From: a virus
Reading direction: 5' to 3' (one strand)
Length of the DNA stretch: 64,000 nt
Virus record (IMG/VR): IMGVR_UViG_3300023106_000001
Location: 1,485 to 65,484 of that record
In this document: positions 45,033 through 56,524 of the stretch, piece by piece
How positions within the stretch are numbered: the first letter of the stretch is position 1
How the letters are laid out: each line of letters opens with the position of its first letter
Notes under the pieces: model-generated
What the model saw: only the letters and a program-made list of their open reading frames with translations
Told to the model about the DNA's origin: nothing
Database searches by the model: none
Position numbers and translations under genes: made by a program

Positions 45033-45852
45033 ACTATTTATTTCGCGCGATTTAATAACTCTTTTATTTTACGACTATCAATTCCAGTAACTATACCCAA
45101 CTCATATTCTTTTAATATAAGTTCAAGAACTTCTAAAGCTTCCTGACCGCAAACAATTAAATTAAAATCTCTGGAAACCTCTTCTTCTCTTTCATCTTGA
45201 TTTTCCTCAGTTGTATCTTCATCATCAATTGATTTTGTACAGATTAGTCTGCCATCTTGATTGTATATTGAAGTGTCTGACCAACTATGTTCTACTATTT
45301 CCCATTTCTCCATATTATTTTTCTTTATTTAATTTTTTTCGGAAAATCCTTTCTTCAATTCTATTTATTATTTTATATAATTCGTATCTGACTTGATCAG
45401 CCTCGGCTCCAAATTGTCCATGTAAGTCATGACTAATTTGTGCTAATTCTTCTTTTATTCTTTCGTATTTCATAATATTCTTTTTAATGCTTCTGCTTTT
45501 TCTTCCTCAAAAAATTCTTTTTCAATCTTTTTGCCCGCGGTACCCAGAATAAACTGCTTAAATTGGTAAGGCGCTTCGTCAGAACTGTCTTCTATAATTG
45601 TAATACCAAACCTATTTGCAAAATTCTGAATCTTAGTTAACTTATAATCTGAATAATTGTCTTGATCTTTCTCTCCAAGTTCCATTTTGTAAACTATTAG
45701 ATCAGTTTCAAAATAATATGTTCCTGGTTCTACTAATATTGCTTCTGTTACTACTTCTGTGGTTTTTGTTATTCTCATTATTTATTTTTTACAAATCTAC
45801 TAATTATTTTTGAATTAACAAAATAAAAATTGATTTATTTTTTGCGCGAAAT

Positions 45853-45878
45853 AAAAAATCCCTCAATTAAGAGGGATT
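45853..45878 (-). terminator. intrinsic terminator
   Basis: perfect AATCCCTC/GAGGGATT stem with T-run on the minus strand. Confidence 0.75.
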
Positions 45879-46236
45879 GTATTTAGTATCTTGAAGTACA
45901 AGGCGAGGCTTGTTCAAGTTCTCTGGGCTGATATACTAGTTCTGAACTTCTTCTTAGATTAGATCTTTGAAAGTGAACTTGATTTTCTATTTTATTTACC
46001 AGAATATTAATATTTGCAAGAATTCCTTCAGATGGAGAAGGTTCTGCCCCAATGCCTTTTGAATCGTCTTTTAATTCTCTGTGAATTGTCTCGTTTATAT
46101 TAAAATGTTCATTATTATTTTCTGAATATTGATTTAATATTTCTTGTAATCTGTACTGAATGTTTTCTAATGTCATTTTTAATTGTTTTAATCGATTATT
46201 ATTTGTTTTTGATAGTTGTGTATACTTTGCTAATTT

Positions 46237-46572
46237 TTAGCCCCTTAAAAAGCTTATTATTTCATCAAACAGCCACCCAACTAAATAAGCCTCATGCTCA
46301 TCGTACTTAGCGCTTAATTTCATAGCACAATCAGAATAAATTAGATTTTTAATATGTATTATTTCATGAGCGATGTTGCTTAGGTGTTCAGTATCTGTAA
46401 AAGCTACATAATAGTGTCGGTATTCTTTCTTATCTTTATCTACCGCCGAACCATAATCTTTTAAAGATCTGGTTTTAAACTTAGTCTCCATGAAAGATAA
46501 ATCTGCATCTAATATCATTGTAAGTTTAGCACAGTATATTGGGATTTCTATTGTATTTTTCTTCATTACCAA
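46237..46572 (-). CDS. putative zinc metallopeptidase-fold protein
   Basis: AHEIIH (HExxH) plus downstream EHEAY. Confidence 0.55.
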   Translation of the reverse strand: MVMKKNTIEIPIYCAKLTMILDADLSFMETKFKTRSLKDYGSAVDKDKKEYRHYYVAFTDTEHLSNIAHEIIHIKNLIYSDCAMKLSAKYDEHEAYLVGWLFDEIISFLRG

Positions 46573-47090
46573 AAACAGTCTTTTTTAATTTTTTGCATTT
46601 TCTTTTCGTATTTTATAAACTTCCAAAGAAATCCGTAGTCATGACAAACAAATTTATTTCCAATCCATCCCCAGTTATCTCTTTTTAAATCTGTAAAAAA
46701 TACTGGAACTTCTCTTGGTCTTTCTAGCTTTTTATTCTTTGGGTATTCAAAAGTTTTCTCCATTACAAGTATTTTACAATTTGGAGACATCCATTTTACA
46801 GGCGCAAACCACTCTTTAACCCACTCTAAATCACCGCATAATCCTCTTATTTCGTCCCACAATAAATACTCACTTATGTTAGAATCTGTTGCATTTGGTT
46901 CAATTTTTATAACATATTTATCATCTAAGTTATAATTATAAACTGATCTATAAACACCTGATCCTAATTTTTGTCCTAATAAAGATAAAATTAAATCAGT
47001 ATTAACATCTTGTAATCTACTTATTGTAGAGACCTCTTCTATTGAGTTTAAATTGTTTTCTAATCTTTTTAGTCTAGTATCTTCTATCAA
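46566..47090 (-). CDS. minimal protein kinase-like protein
   Basis: Gly loop LGSGVYRSVY, VIKIE, DLKRDNWG catalytic loop, HDYG. Confidence 0.75.
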   Translation of the reverse strand: MIEDTRLKRLENNLNSIEEVSTISRLQDVNTDLILSLLGQKLGSGVYRSVYNYNLDDKYVIKIEPNATDSNISEYLLWDEIRGLCGDLEWVKEWFAPVKWMSPNCKILVMEKTFEYPKNKKLERPREVPVFFTDLKRDNWGWIGNKFVCHDYGFLWKFIKYEKKMQKIKKDCFW

Positions 47091-47092
47091 TT

Positions 47093-48307
47093 CTAAAGTA
47101 TTTTATTAATTGCTTCCTCTATTGTATTTGATTTTATAAAAAACTCTTGTAATTGTGCAGCTGAGTGAGATTTATTATAATTTTCTAACTCTTTCTTTTC
47201 GCCAAAAAACAATTCTAACATTCCTTCAACATCTTCTTTTTTAGGATTATTAAAAGTTATTTTTTTATCCATTCTGCCACATCTTGTCAAAGCGCTATCC
47301 AATTGATCGGCATGATTACTGGTAAAGAATGTGCAAATACCTTTCTTAGAATAAGCTCCATCGAGAACATTTAAAACTGTTGAAAAATTTATTTTATCAT
47401 TTATTTTTTCTCTATCATCCACTACACAGTCTATGTCTTCAAGAAGTAAAAAAGTATTTTCTTTTATAGTATTGAACGCCATTCTTAACTGATCCGAATC
47501 TGTAAGAGATGCTATATTTAAAGAGTAAACATCTTTACCTAACTTTTGAGCTATTGATAGTATAGTGGTGGTTTTTCCATTTCCAGGAATTCCATCTGCT
47601 AAATATCCTCTTCTGTAAGGAATACCTCTTTCCAAGTAATATTCTTTAGACTCGAAGAAATCGTTTATATCGTCTAACAGTTCTATTTTTTCTGAGTTAA
47701 AAATCTTGTCAAAAGGTTTTACTTCTATAACTCCTGTTTTATCCCAGCCATTATAATTTCTATAATCATATAAATAGCTCTGTGTTTTCTTTTTCTGCTT
47801 TGAATTATAGTCATTAACCACTTCATTTAAAAGATTTTTCAAAGTATTTCTATTGAAATAAGTGGTAAGTGTATAACTTTCAATATGAGCGTTTTCCAGA
47901 TAACTTGCATTTTCCATTTTCTCCCGCGAAGACTCTAAAAACACAGGAGTTCTATTTTGCCAAAAATAAAAAGCGGATTCAAAATTATTTTCTTTTACAG
48001 AATAAGTTCTTTCCTCATCTCTCGATCCAATGCTATCATGATCATCTCGTTTAACAGATAAAATTACTTTTTTATATTTATCAGAATGATTATCTCTTAA
48101 CCACTCATTAAAAATATTATAAATTTCAGTTTTAGATTCAATTCGCATAGTATAAGAAAACTGTCTTTTAATTCTTCCCCAAATCCACGGGAAAAAAGAT
48201 TTAAGCCAAAAACCTAATGCCGATAAAACAGCTATAGCAGCGCCACCCTTGAAAAATTCATTATTATGCAATTGTTCTACTACAAACTGTTTTACTTGCT
48301 CTATCAT
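47093..48307 (-). CDS. BCS1-like membrane-anchored AAA ATPase
   Basis: N-terminal TM segment; Y.ERGIPYRRGYL.DGIPGNGKT, LLLEDID, LNVLDG, LDSALTRCGRMD. Confidence 0.85.
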   Translation of the reverse strand: MIEQVKQFVVEQLHNNEFFKGGAAIAVLSALGFWLKSFFPWIWGRIKRQFSYTMRIESKTEIYNIFNEWLRDNHSDKYKKVILSVKRDDHDSIGSRDEERTYSVKENNFESAFYFWQNRTPVFLESSREKMENASYLENAHIESYTLTTYFNRNTLKNLLNEVVNDYNSKQKKKTQSYLYDYRNYNGWDKTGVIEVKPFDKIFNSEKIELLDDINDFFESKEYYLERGIPYRRGYLADGIPGNGKTTTILSIAQKLGKDVYSLNIASLTDSDQLRMAFNTIKENTFLLLEDIDCVVDDREKINDKINFSTVLNVLDGAYSKKGICTFFTSNHADQLDSALTRCGRMDKKITFNNPKKEDVEGMLELFFGEKKELENYNKSHSAAQLQEFFIKSNTIEEAINKIL

Positions 48308-49042
48308 TTAATTACCAATTTTTGTTCCTAGCCAAAACCCAACTCCAACACTCACAGGAATTAAAGCTTTTTCTAGCCAACTTTTAGTTTTTAATTTACT
48401 GTTTTCCTTTTCTAACCCGTTATTTAAATTTGTTTGCAGAACATTCAATTCTTTATATGAATCTAAACTTTTCTCCGTAGCTTTTAAACTAATATCTTTA
48501 TCTCTGAGTTGCTGATCTTTTAAGTTTACAACACTGTCTTTAGAAGAAAGCTGTATATCTTTTTCTTTTATGATGTCTTGCGCCGTATTAGCGTCAGCAA
48601 TAGTTTCAAGAATTTGGTAAGTCATTGAAGGCTTAACATCAACAGAATTAGATGTAGCTACCGCATCTTTAGAACCGTAATTCTCATTTAAAGCTTCGGC
48701 CACTTCAACTAAGTTTTTATTTCTAATTAATTCTTTCTGTTTTTTATTTGATTCCTGTAAAGCTATAACTTTTTTCTCACTGTCTTTAGCTTTTTGCTGA
48801 AACTCATTAATTTGTTTTTGTTTTCTTATGTCTTCGGCCTTAATAGAATCTCTTAAAATTTGCAGAGTCTTATCAATAGTTTTTACACCATCTTTTAATT
48901 TCTCTACTTGATCTTTCAAAGCATCATTTTTGCCCGCCTGGAATTTCTGTTGATTATTTACACAACTTTTTACGCCGAAAAAAATCAGAACCAGCACTAT
49001 ACCTAATGCTGGCCATCTATACTTATTTACTATTTCTTTCAC
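48308..49042 (-). CDS. membrane-anchored coiled-coil protein
   Basis: hydrophobic N- and C-terminal segments flanking heptad repeats. Confidence 0.6.
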   Translation of the reverse strand: MKEIVNKYRWPALGIVLVLIFFGVKSCVNNQQKFQAGKNDALKDQVEKLKDGVKTIDKTLQILRDSIKAEDIRKQKQINEFQQKAKDSEKKVIALQESNKKQKELIRNKNLVEVAEALNENYGSKDAVATSNSVDVKPSMTYQILETIADANTAQDIIKEKDIQLSSKDSVVNLKDQQLRDKDISLKATEKSLDSYKELNVLQTNLNNGLEKENSKLKTKSWLEKALIPVSVGVGFWLGTKIGN

Positions 49043-49148
49043 TTTTAATTTTATTAGAATTCTTTTTACTGAATAATCTAGAGCCTTTAGGAAATCTAGC
49101 CTTTAAAATCTGTCTTAATGTAATAATTTCTTTCATGTTTATATGTTT

Positions 49149-49388
49149 TTATAATTCCCACCTTAATATTTGTGATTCTGCTATATATACTTCTCCGTCT
49201 CTTTCCATTAGGCCGCCAACAACTAAAACATCGTCAACTTTTACGGGTGTATCTGTAAGACCTTCTCCAATGGCAATCACCTTAACTCTATTTTTGAAAA
49301 CACCTATTTTATCCATAACTGTTTCTTTATGCATAACTTTCTCAACTAAAATAAGCTCTCCGAAAACTCTATATTTCTTCTTGTCCAT
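49149..49388 (-). CDS. divergent GroES/Cpn10-like co-chaperonin
   Basis: VFGELILVEK...KVIAIGEG...PVKVDDVLV...IAESQIL follows the Cpn10 pattern. Confidence 0.6.
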   Translation of the reverse strand: MDKKKYRVFGELILVEKVMHKETVMDKIGVFKNRVKVIAIGEGLTDTPVKVDDVLVVGGLMERDGEVYIAESQILRWEL

Positions 49389-50227
49389 TTACTTCAACGT
49401 TTTTAATTGTATTTTCATAAAGGTCTCTAAACCATTTGATGTCTTCTGAATAGTTTCCAGTGGCTTCTGGATTCATTTCATAAATGTCACCGTTCTCTAG
49501 AAACATATTATACGTCGATTTCATTTGTGTCATAACTTTTGGTGTTTAGTATTTGAAATAAATCACTGAACTCATTTACTCCAATATCTTCTAATTTGCA
49601 ATTAATCTGTATTCTAACTCTGTCTTTACCCATTTTAGCTTTGAAAAATAGTTTTTCCTTAACCGTTTCAAAAGCTAGAAACTTACATTCTGCTCCTAGC
49701 TTTTTCTTAGTATTAACTATTTCTTGCTTTAAATATTCGGCTTGAAATTGGTTCCTATTCATTCGGTACAACTTGTAATTTTGACTTCTGAGCCTCTTCC
49801 ATTTCAGCAATAAGTGTGTCCATGTGAACTGCTTTACCTGCGTCTATTCCACGATCATGAATAATAAATCTGTTTTCTAGCGCTTTCATTACAATTGCTG
49901 TAGGGTCTCCAACATAAGCTTCAACTAAATTATTGGCCGACATAAAAGCTACAGGATCAAAAACTTTAGTGACTTTTCCAGAATCAATATCTTCTTGTTT
50001 TGGTGATAGTACGATGTCATCTCCTTGCCAGTAGCGATATTTTAAAGGCCTGACCATTTTTACATTTTCATTAAATAGTCTTTCCACTGATGCCGCCATA
50101 ATTGCAAATTCCTCTCCAGTTATTTCTATTTTCTGATCAGATCGGAAGCCTGAGTTGTATTGGTTTAGAGGCTCTGCCGATTGAGTTAATTCTTCTTTTT
50201 CTTCGTTCATTATTTTTAATTTTTATT

Positions 50228-50251
50228 AACCCTCGATATTTCACGAGGGTT
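50228..50251. terminator. intergenic hairpin downstream of the SSB gene
   Basis: perfect AACCCTCG/CGAGGGTT stem; the T-run is on the plus strand. Confidence 0.55.
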
Positions 50252-50284
50252 TTGTTTTATAACTAATTGATTTTCAACTGCTTA

Positions 50285-50995
50285 CTAAAATGGCAAATCG
50301 GAATCATCATATTTAGTTTCTACCGCTGGTGCAAATGCTTCGGCTGTAGTTGCTTTAGGAATTTCAGCTTTTGGTGTTTGTGTTGGAGGAGGTATAGAAG
50401 ATGAATTCTCTTTGAACTTTTCTTGAACTTCTTGTAACTTTGTGTAAAAAAACTCTGTTTGTGGGCTCCAATCCCAAGTTTTATCTCCTGCTACAATTTT
50501 TTCAATAGGTGCTGGAATATCTGTATAAGAAATAAAACCTGTACTTAATCCTTTACCATTTTCTCCAAGTCTGTTAACATAATTAATATAAAGGTTTAAA
50601 TTTTTATATTCTTTATTATTCTTACCTGTAGTAGTTGTAGTTTTAACAGAAAGTGTAACTGGTTCTCCTAAATCTAGATTGTTCAGTGCTGAAATTAAGG
50701 CCTTTGTTTCATCTGTGTAATTCCCTTTAACGTTTTTTAATGGGGCGGAAACTTTATTTTGATTTTCTCCATCAACTAGAGTTAATTCAATAAATTTTAA
50801 AGTTTTACCTTCATGTGTAATTTCTTTTACATCAAAAAAAGTCGGAGTTCCTGTAATACTGTTATGATATTGATGGTATGTTTTCTTTCCATCTGTTCCG
50901 TAAGTTACTTCTTCATAACCTTCTGTTGGTTGTTTTTCTTTAAGGTATAGTTTACCTTTTCCTGCACTAATTGAATAGTTTTTGTAATTTGCCAT
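50285..50995 (-). CDS. putative single-stranded DNA-binding protein
   Basis: beta-rich N-terminus, Pro/Ala linker, acidic tail DDSDLPF. Confidence 0.6.
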   Translation of the reverse strand: MANYKNYSISAGKGKLYLKEKQPTEGYEEVTYGTDGKKTYHQYHNSITGTPTFFDVKEITHEGKTLKFIELTLVDGENQNKVSAPLKNVKGNYTDETKALISALNNLDLGEPVTLSVKTTTTTGKNNKEYKNLNLYINYVNRLGENGKGLSTGFISYTDIPAPIEKIVAGDKTWDWSPQTEFFYTKLQEVQEKFKENSSSIPPPTQTPKAEIPKATTAEAFAPAVETKYDDSDLPF

Positions 50996-51018
50996 TGTTT
51001 TTGTGTGTTTGTGCTTAT

Positions 51019-51789
51019 TTAATTATTAATTGTTATTTTTAATTCTAAATTCGTAAGTGGGTAAATATTACTATTTTTACTACCTCTATTTACTTTTGAG
51101 CAAAGCGGTTGAAAATTTGACCAGTGATTTAATATATAACTTTCTTCTTCTGTTTTTGCATAAGAAATTGGAATTATGTGATCAAGATCCCAAGAACAGT
51201 TGTATTCTAATTTTTTACACTTATTTCCATGATTTTCCCAAGTCATCCAGTTTAGAAATTGGGATTCAATATGTTTTTTAAATTCCTCTAGTGTACATCC
51301 TAGTATTTCTTCTGACTTTCTTGACTTCTTTTCTAAATTTACTGATTTTATACCAGATCTTATAGCTGCTAAAAACCTAACATTTAAGGTATAAAGAGGA
51401 TCATGTTTTAAAACATTCTTATATTTTAACTGCTTATTTAATCTGACTTTATCCAGATTTAATGATCTATATGTACTGTTCCTCTCTAAAATTACCTCAC
51501 TGTTTTTATTGTAATGTGATTTTACGCAAATTTTACATCTATTACAATAACCATCTTTTTGAGATATATTCTTACTAAACTCAGAAGAAGCTTTATCCCT
51601 CTTACATGTGCTGCACTTTTTAAGTATAAATTCTTCATTCGAGTCTCTTACTTTTTTACGGTACTCGCTTTCACATTGCTTGCATTGACTCCTTTTACCA
51701 TCTTTTGACCTAGAACTATTACCAAATTCTTCTTTTGTCCTTAGTTGTTTACAAAGACTGCAATTTTTTCTTTCCATTTTAAAATACAT
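51019..51789 (-). CDS. HNH homing endonuclease with tandem CxxC repeats
   Basis: ILGCTLEEFKKHIESQF..WMTWENHG...WDLDHIIP...NFQPL...N. Confidence 0.8.
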   Translation of the reverse strand: MYFKMERKNCSLCKQLRTKEEFGNSSRSKDGKRSQCKQCESEYRKKVRDSNEEFILKKCSTCKRDKASSEFSKNISQKDGYCNRCKICVKSHYNKNSEVILERNSTYRSLNLDKVRLNKQLKYKNVLKHDPLYTLNVRFLAAIRSGIKSVNLEKKSRKSEEILGCTLEEFKKHIESQFLNWMTWENHGNKCKKLEYNCSWDLDHIIPISYAKTEEESYILNHWSNFQPLCSKVNRGSKNSNIYPLTNLELKITINN

Positions 51790-52359
51790 TTACGATTATT
51801 TAATGTATTCCTTCCTGTTGCATGGTCTGTTACCATCTTTAAATTTATTGTATACAAATATAGTGATTCTATTTGACAAATCCTAATTTTCTTCTATATT
51901 TTCTGCGAAATTTTTTATTTTAATTATTCCTAGTTTTATCTTAATTCGGCGGATAAAATAATTAAAATTAGCTTTTATATGATCAAACTTTGTCATCTCT
52001 AAATAGTCGATATATGAATCAATTTCATCTACCGTTTCTGTAACTGTTATTGTTAAATCGTCATTAAGAAATACAGTTGTTAATCCTCTATCTGTAACGG
52101 CTAATTTAATGTCATCTAGATAAACCATTATTTCAGTATAGATCTCTTCGAAATCTTCATCTTCTACTTCGAAAGCTTTTTCCCTGTCTTTTAACTCCTG
52201 GGGTATCCTATCTTCACCTACATTTAAATCTTCGTAAAACTCTCTAGTATGCCCTGCATCACATCTTGGAACAGCATTTTCTTGATTTTCTAATCTTTTT
52301 TCGGCGGACTCTTTTAGAATTTCTCCAAATCCTGTGAGGAATAGTCTTTTTCTTTTCAT

Positions 52360-53160
52360 CTATTTTCTTTCTATTTGGTCTAATATAATACTCATATTCG
52401 TAGCTACAGCGGCTAAATGATCCTTATAAGTTTCAGTGTCTGCTTCAATAGGTTTAATCATTTTTCTAATATGTCTGAAAGCCGCCCACAAAATTTCATT
52501 CTGATCTATTTCTTTAAGCGTATTTCCTTTAGGATATTTTACTTTATTATCCATAAATCTTTTGGCCATTAAATCTAGAAGATTAAAATTAATTTCTGAA
52601 TAATCTAGTTTTCCTTCTGTCTCTTTTTTGCCCACCGTTACTTCTGAAAATACTTTATTTATTTCTTTTTGATCTTCAATCTCCTTATGTCTTGTACTAT
52701 GTCCTACAATAGCCTTATAAGCTTCGAGTGAGTCTTGAATATTAAAACCAATTGGGGGTATTTCTACAGACTTAATATTTTTTATATCAACAACATAAAA
52801 AGGATCAATATTTTTATTTGGTATAGTTGAATCTTGGACTTTTTCAAAAACTGTTCCTCCTGTGTGTGACGTGTTTTTTAAATGTTCTAGTAGTTCTTTT
52901 TCATCTTCTGCCAACATAATTTTTGTAATGTCTTCTATACTATTGTATGATTTAAAATTCAATATATTATTTCTTAATTTTTCTAAACTTTCTTTCTCTT
53001 CCATTTTTTTAGCGGAACTTTTAAACCAATATGGTATTTCAACTACTTCATCCAAGAAAAATGGCTCATTTAAAACTATAGTTCCATCAATCCCTTTGTA
53101 AACTTTCCTGTCAAATTCTTCTTTTGTAACCTCTTTTCCAAATAATGTGTATTTTGCCAT
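52360..53160 (-). CDS. dATP/dGTP diphosphohydrolase-like (DUF5664) C-terminal domain protein
   Basis: GKK...GKLDYS...KYPKGN...AAFRHI...HLAAVATN. Confidence 0.65.
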   Translation of the reverse strand: MAKYTLFGKEVTKEEFDRKVYKGIDGTIVLNEPFFLDEVVEIPYWFKSSAKKMEEKESLEKLRNNILNFKSYNSIEDITKIMLAEDEKELLEHLKNTSHTGGTVFEKVQDSTIPNKNIDPFYVVDIKNIKSVEIPPIGFNIQDSLEAYKAIVGHSTRHKEIEDQKEINKVFSEVTVGKKETEGKLDYSEINFNLLDLMAKRFMDNKVKYPKGNTLKEIDQNEILWAAFRHIRKMIKPIEADTETYKDHLAAVATNMSIILDQIERK

Positions 53161-53361
53161 TTATTTTTGTTTATTATTTTCACTTCGTATTCGCGCGATA
53201 AAAAAAATTAAAAAGAGAAGAATATATCTCTCGGTAGAACAAGCTTACCTCTCTTATAGCCCAACAATACTATTGAAGGGGATGATACCGATAAAATTGA
53301 CCTAAAAGCAGTTCTTATGGTATGCAAATTAAGTACTGTAAATTTACAATTAATTTTTTAA

Positions 53362-54045
53362 TTACGCAACTTTTTGCTCACCTTTTTCTAAATAATCTAT
53401 AATTTGTGTTAGAATAGGATTTCTATGATTAGATTTTAATGTTTTATAACCTACTAATCCAGAATTTTCTAACTTCATAGCCTCATAAATACAACTGTTT
53501 TTACCTATTTGTTTATCGACCTGTTCTTTAGAACCACAAAAAATCATTTTACTACCATTACCTAAACGCGTCAAAATCGTTCTAAAATCAGCATAAGTCA
53601 TATCTTCATATTCATCCACAATAACCACACTGTCAATAAATGTACAACCTTTTGCCACCTCAATAGGCATGATTTTAACTAATCCCTCTTTCAACATTTT
53701 ATCTGTTGTTTCTTTACCTTGACATACTTCCATATTTTGAGTGATTGGGAATGTGTAAGGTGCCATTTTTTCCTCTAATGTTCCAGGAAGTGCAGCTAGA
53801 GAGTTTTTGATCATGGGACGTGTGATCCAGATATTATTGAATTGTTTCTTTCTGAACGCTGTTAATGCTGTATGAACAGCCGCTAAAGATTTCCCTGAAC
53901 CAAAATCGCCGTGAAGAAAACAAACATCAAACTCATAAAATAATTTTACAAACTCTTTTTGCTCTTCGTTTAAATCTACCTTCAACTTGGGCTCTGTTTT
54001 AAGAACTCTTTTTTCTTTGTTTTCCTTCTTCGGTGAATTTATCAT
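53362..54045 (-). CDS. phoH: PhoH family ATPase
   Basis: GDFGSGKS, ITRP, LPGTLEEKM, IVDE..D, LTRLG.GSKMIFCG...QVD, RNPIL. Confidence 0.92.
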   Translation of the reverse strand: MINSPKKENKEKRVLKTEPKLKVDLNEEQKEFVKLFYEFDVCFLHGDFGSGKSLAAVHTALTAFRKKQFNNIWITRPMIKNSLAALPGTLEEKMAPYTFPITQNMEVCQGKETTDKMLKEGLVKIMPIEVAKGCTFIDSVVIVDEYEDMTYADFRTILTRLGNGSKMIFCGSKEQVDKQIGKNSCIYEAMKLENSGLVGYKTLKSNHRNPILTQIIDYLEKGEQKVA

Positions 54046-54687
54046 ATTTTATTATTTAGTGAAGTAAATGTAGTGATTTAGTTTGAGATAAACAAATATT
54101 TATTCGTCTTTTATTTCATTTTTTGTATAAAATATATTCCAGTAATCATCACCACCAAAATCATTCTCAACTAAAACTGCTGTTAACTCCTCTTTTCGGG
54201 AGATTTGTCTAAATTCTTGTTCATATTCAAAGTTTTCAGGATTTGTTCCAAAATAAATATAATTATCTTCTGCTAACCAATAATCTTCGGCACATTCTTG
54301 AATAACATAATTTTGGAAATTATCTATTTCGAAATATTCAGATAAGGCTTCTAAAGAACTGTTATAATTTTCTATTAATTTATTCATTTACTTCCTCCCA
54401 TTTATAAGTTACTACTTCTTTTTCTCTTACACGAACTAATTCTGAATATTTATCATCCCAACCGTAAGTGTCATCCCAGATTACAGTGTCTGTCTTCCAA
54501 GTTCCTAAGTATTTGTCAAAATCTTCAATTTCTGGATAATATTCTTTATGGCTAGGTAATAACTCTATAATATCATATCTGAAGAAATTACTACCTCTTC
54601 TGTGATCCATTTCATTATCTACAGAAAACTCTGTTAAATCGATGTTATCAAATAATGTTGGTTCTTCTCGGTATGTTACTTTGTTTA

Positions 54688-55149
54688 TCATTCTTTATTA
54701 AAATTAAAAGTTCCTATTTGTTTTAGACTAATGTTATCATTAAAAAACTGTGTTGTTTCCATTGCGCCTTGACAGATGATTTGCTTACATTCTCTGTATT
54801 TAAGTTCCAACTCTGAAAAGCAGTATTCTAATATTTCTTTTTTTAGATTTAATTTATTTTCGCCGTATTGTTTTATTAAAGCTAAAAGTGGTTTATTAGA
54901 TCCAACATAACTTTGCCAAGGCATTTCTGTCTCTACATAATAATATTTCTTAAGTCGTTTATTTGGTAAAGCTTCAATTTCTTTCTTTGTCATATTCTTT
55001 TTTCGTCGAGAAATTAACTTCTTTTGACCAATATAATAAAACTCCTTACCATCTAAACATATTGTAATCTGGTAAACAAAACCGTATGTATCTTTTGGCA
55101 TTTGATCTTTATTTGTCACCTCTTTACCTTCGTATTTCCAATTTACCAT
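54688..55149 (-). CDS. GIY-YIG family endonuclease
   Basis: YGFVY...YYIGQK...WQSYVGS...EIL...E...N.NI. Confidence 0.75.
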   Translation of the reverse strand: MVNWKYEGKEVTNKDQMPKDTYGFVYQITICLDGKEFYYIGQKKLISRRKKNMTKKEIEALPNKRLKKYYYVETEMPWQSYVGSNKPLLALIKQYGENKLNLKKEILEYCFSELELKYRECKQIICQGAMETTQFFNDNISLKQIGTFNFNKE

Positions 55150-56095
55150 TTTTCGTTGTATTGTTCTATATTATAACTCCATCCAAATTTTGGTAAGTGC
55201 CTTTCGTAAATATATATTACTCCTCTACCTAAGTCAAAAATATATCTGTTGTAAAACCATTCTCCTCCTTTAAATTTTCGCCACCATTTAAATCTGTTCA
55301 TATTTACCATATCTTAATTCATACTCTTCTTCTGTGAATATTTTAAATTTCACTTTATTTATTTCATATTCTTTTTCGCCGAAACTTGTAGAATAAATAT
55401 TGGCCACAGAAGAAATAAATTTATAAGTTTCCTCAGACATTGGAATCGTCATAAATTTAGGTAGATCTGACTCTGACTTTATATTAGAGTAACTTGATGT
55501 TGTGTAAAAATCTTCCAAGAATTGTTTATATTCCTCCTCAGAAAGAACTTTTGGCTCTATGTAAATTGGAGTAGGAACTGTTTCTGTTATTGCATAGTAT
55601 TTCATTTACTTTTCATATATTATTTTTTTCAATTTTTCTCTCCATTCGTCATCAATTCTAGTTCTAATTGCCCATTCAGAGATAGATCCTCCAATATCTC
55701 TTTCAACTTTTGAAACACTTTTATAACACAAAGCTGTTTTTTCTATATAATCGATGTATTCTTCTGTTACATCCTCTTCGAAAAGTAATGTTATGCTTCT
55801 TATTCTGTTACTCATAATACTACTTTCTTTAATCTTTCTAACTTTTCTTTTAACTGTTCTAAAACTTCTATGTCATCCTTTTTCGCGGGATTAAAAACTG
55901 AAAGCAAAGAATAAGTTTTATATAAAGTAATTCCAATATTAAACTTATCATCCTCAATATCATTTGTAATATCATCAAATAAATCTAAAACAATATCTGC
56001 ATATGGAATCTCTGATTTATACCAAATTTCTGCTTTTAATTCTCCTATTTCTGCAATTGTGTCTTTCATCTCTTTATAGTATTCTAAGTATTCCA

Positions 56096-56524
56096 TTATT
56101 TCAGCCTGTCTTTAATCTCATTAATATAAGAATTAATATCTTCCCGAGTATCACTTAGATTGGTTAATGACTCTTTATAAAAACCTCTTTGTTCCACAAA
56201 CTCCCTATACTCCTTACTTCCGCTTGCTAACTTCTCAGCATTAGTAATTGTTGGTAATTTTGCCTCTCCGTCTCCTGTTTCATATTCTCCTCTAGTCATA
56301 GCAACTGCAATTCTAAATTTAATCGCCGTCGCTGCTTTGTCGTCTCTTCTAGTCCACTCATGAGTATATTTTACTCTCCAATATTTAAGGTCAGCTTTGA
56401 CATCAATAAATCTACCCTGAAATTCGATAAGACTTTCTTTAGTTAAACTGCCACTTTTTGTAGTGTTTCTAAAAGACTTTCTTAATTCTTCATATTCATT
56501 TAATATCTCTTCAAGTGGTCTCAT
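56096..56524 (-). CDS. helical protein following recA, possible UvsY-like mediator
   Basis: 142 aa, coiled-coil, overlapping the recA stop; function inferred from position. Confidence 0.4.
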   Translation of the reverse strand: MRPLEEILNEYEELRKSFRNTTKSGSLTKESLIEFQGRFIDVKADLKYWRVKYTHEWTRRDDKAATAIKFRIAVAMTRGEYETGDGEAKLPTITNAEKLASGSKEYREFVEQRGFYKESLTNLSDTREDINSYINEIKDRLK

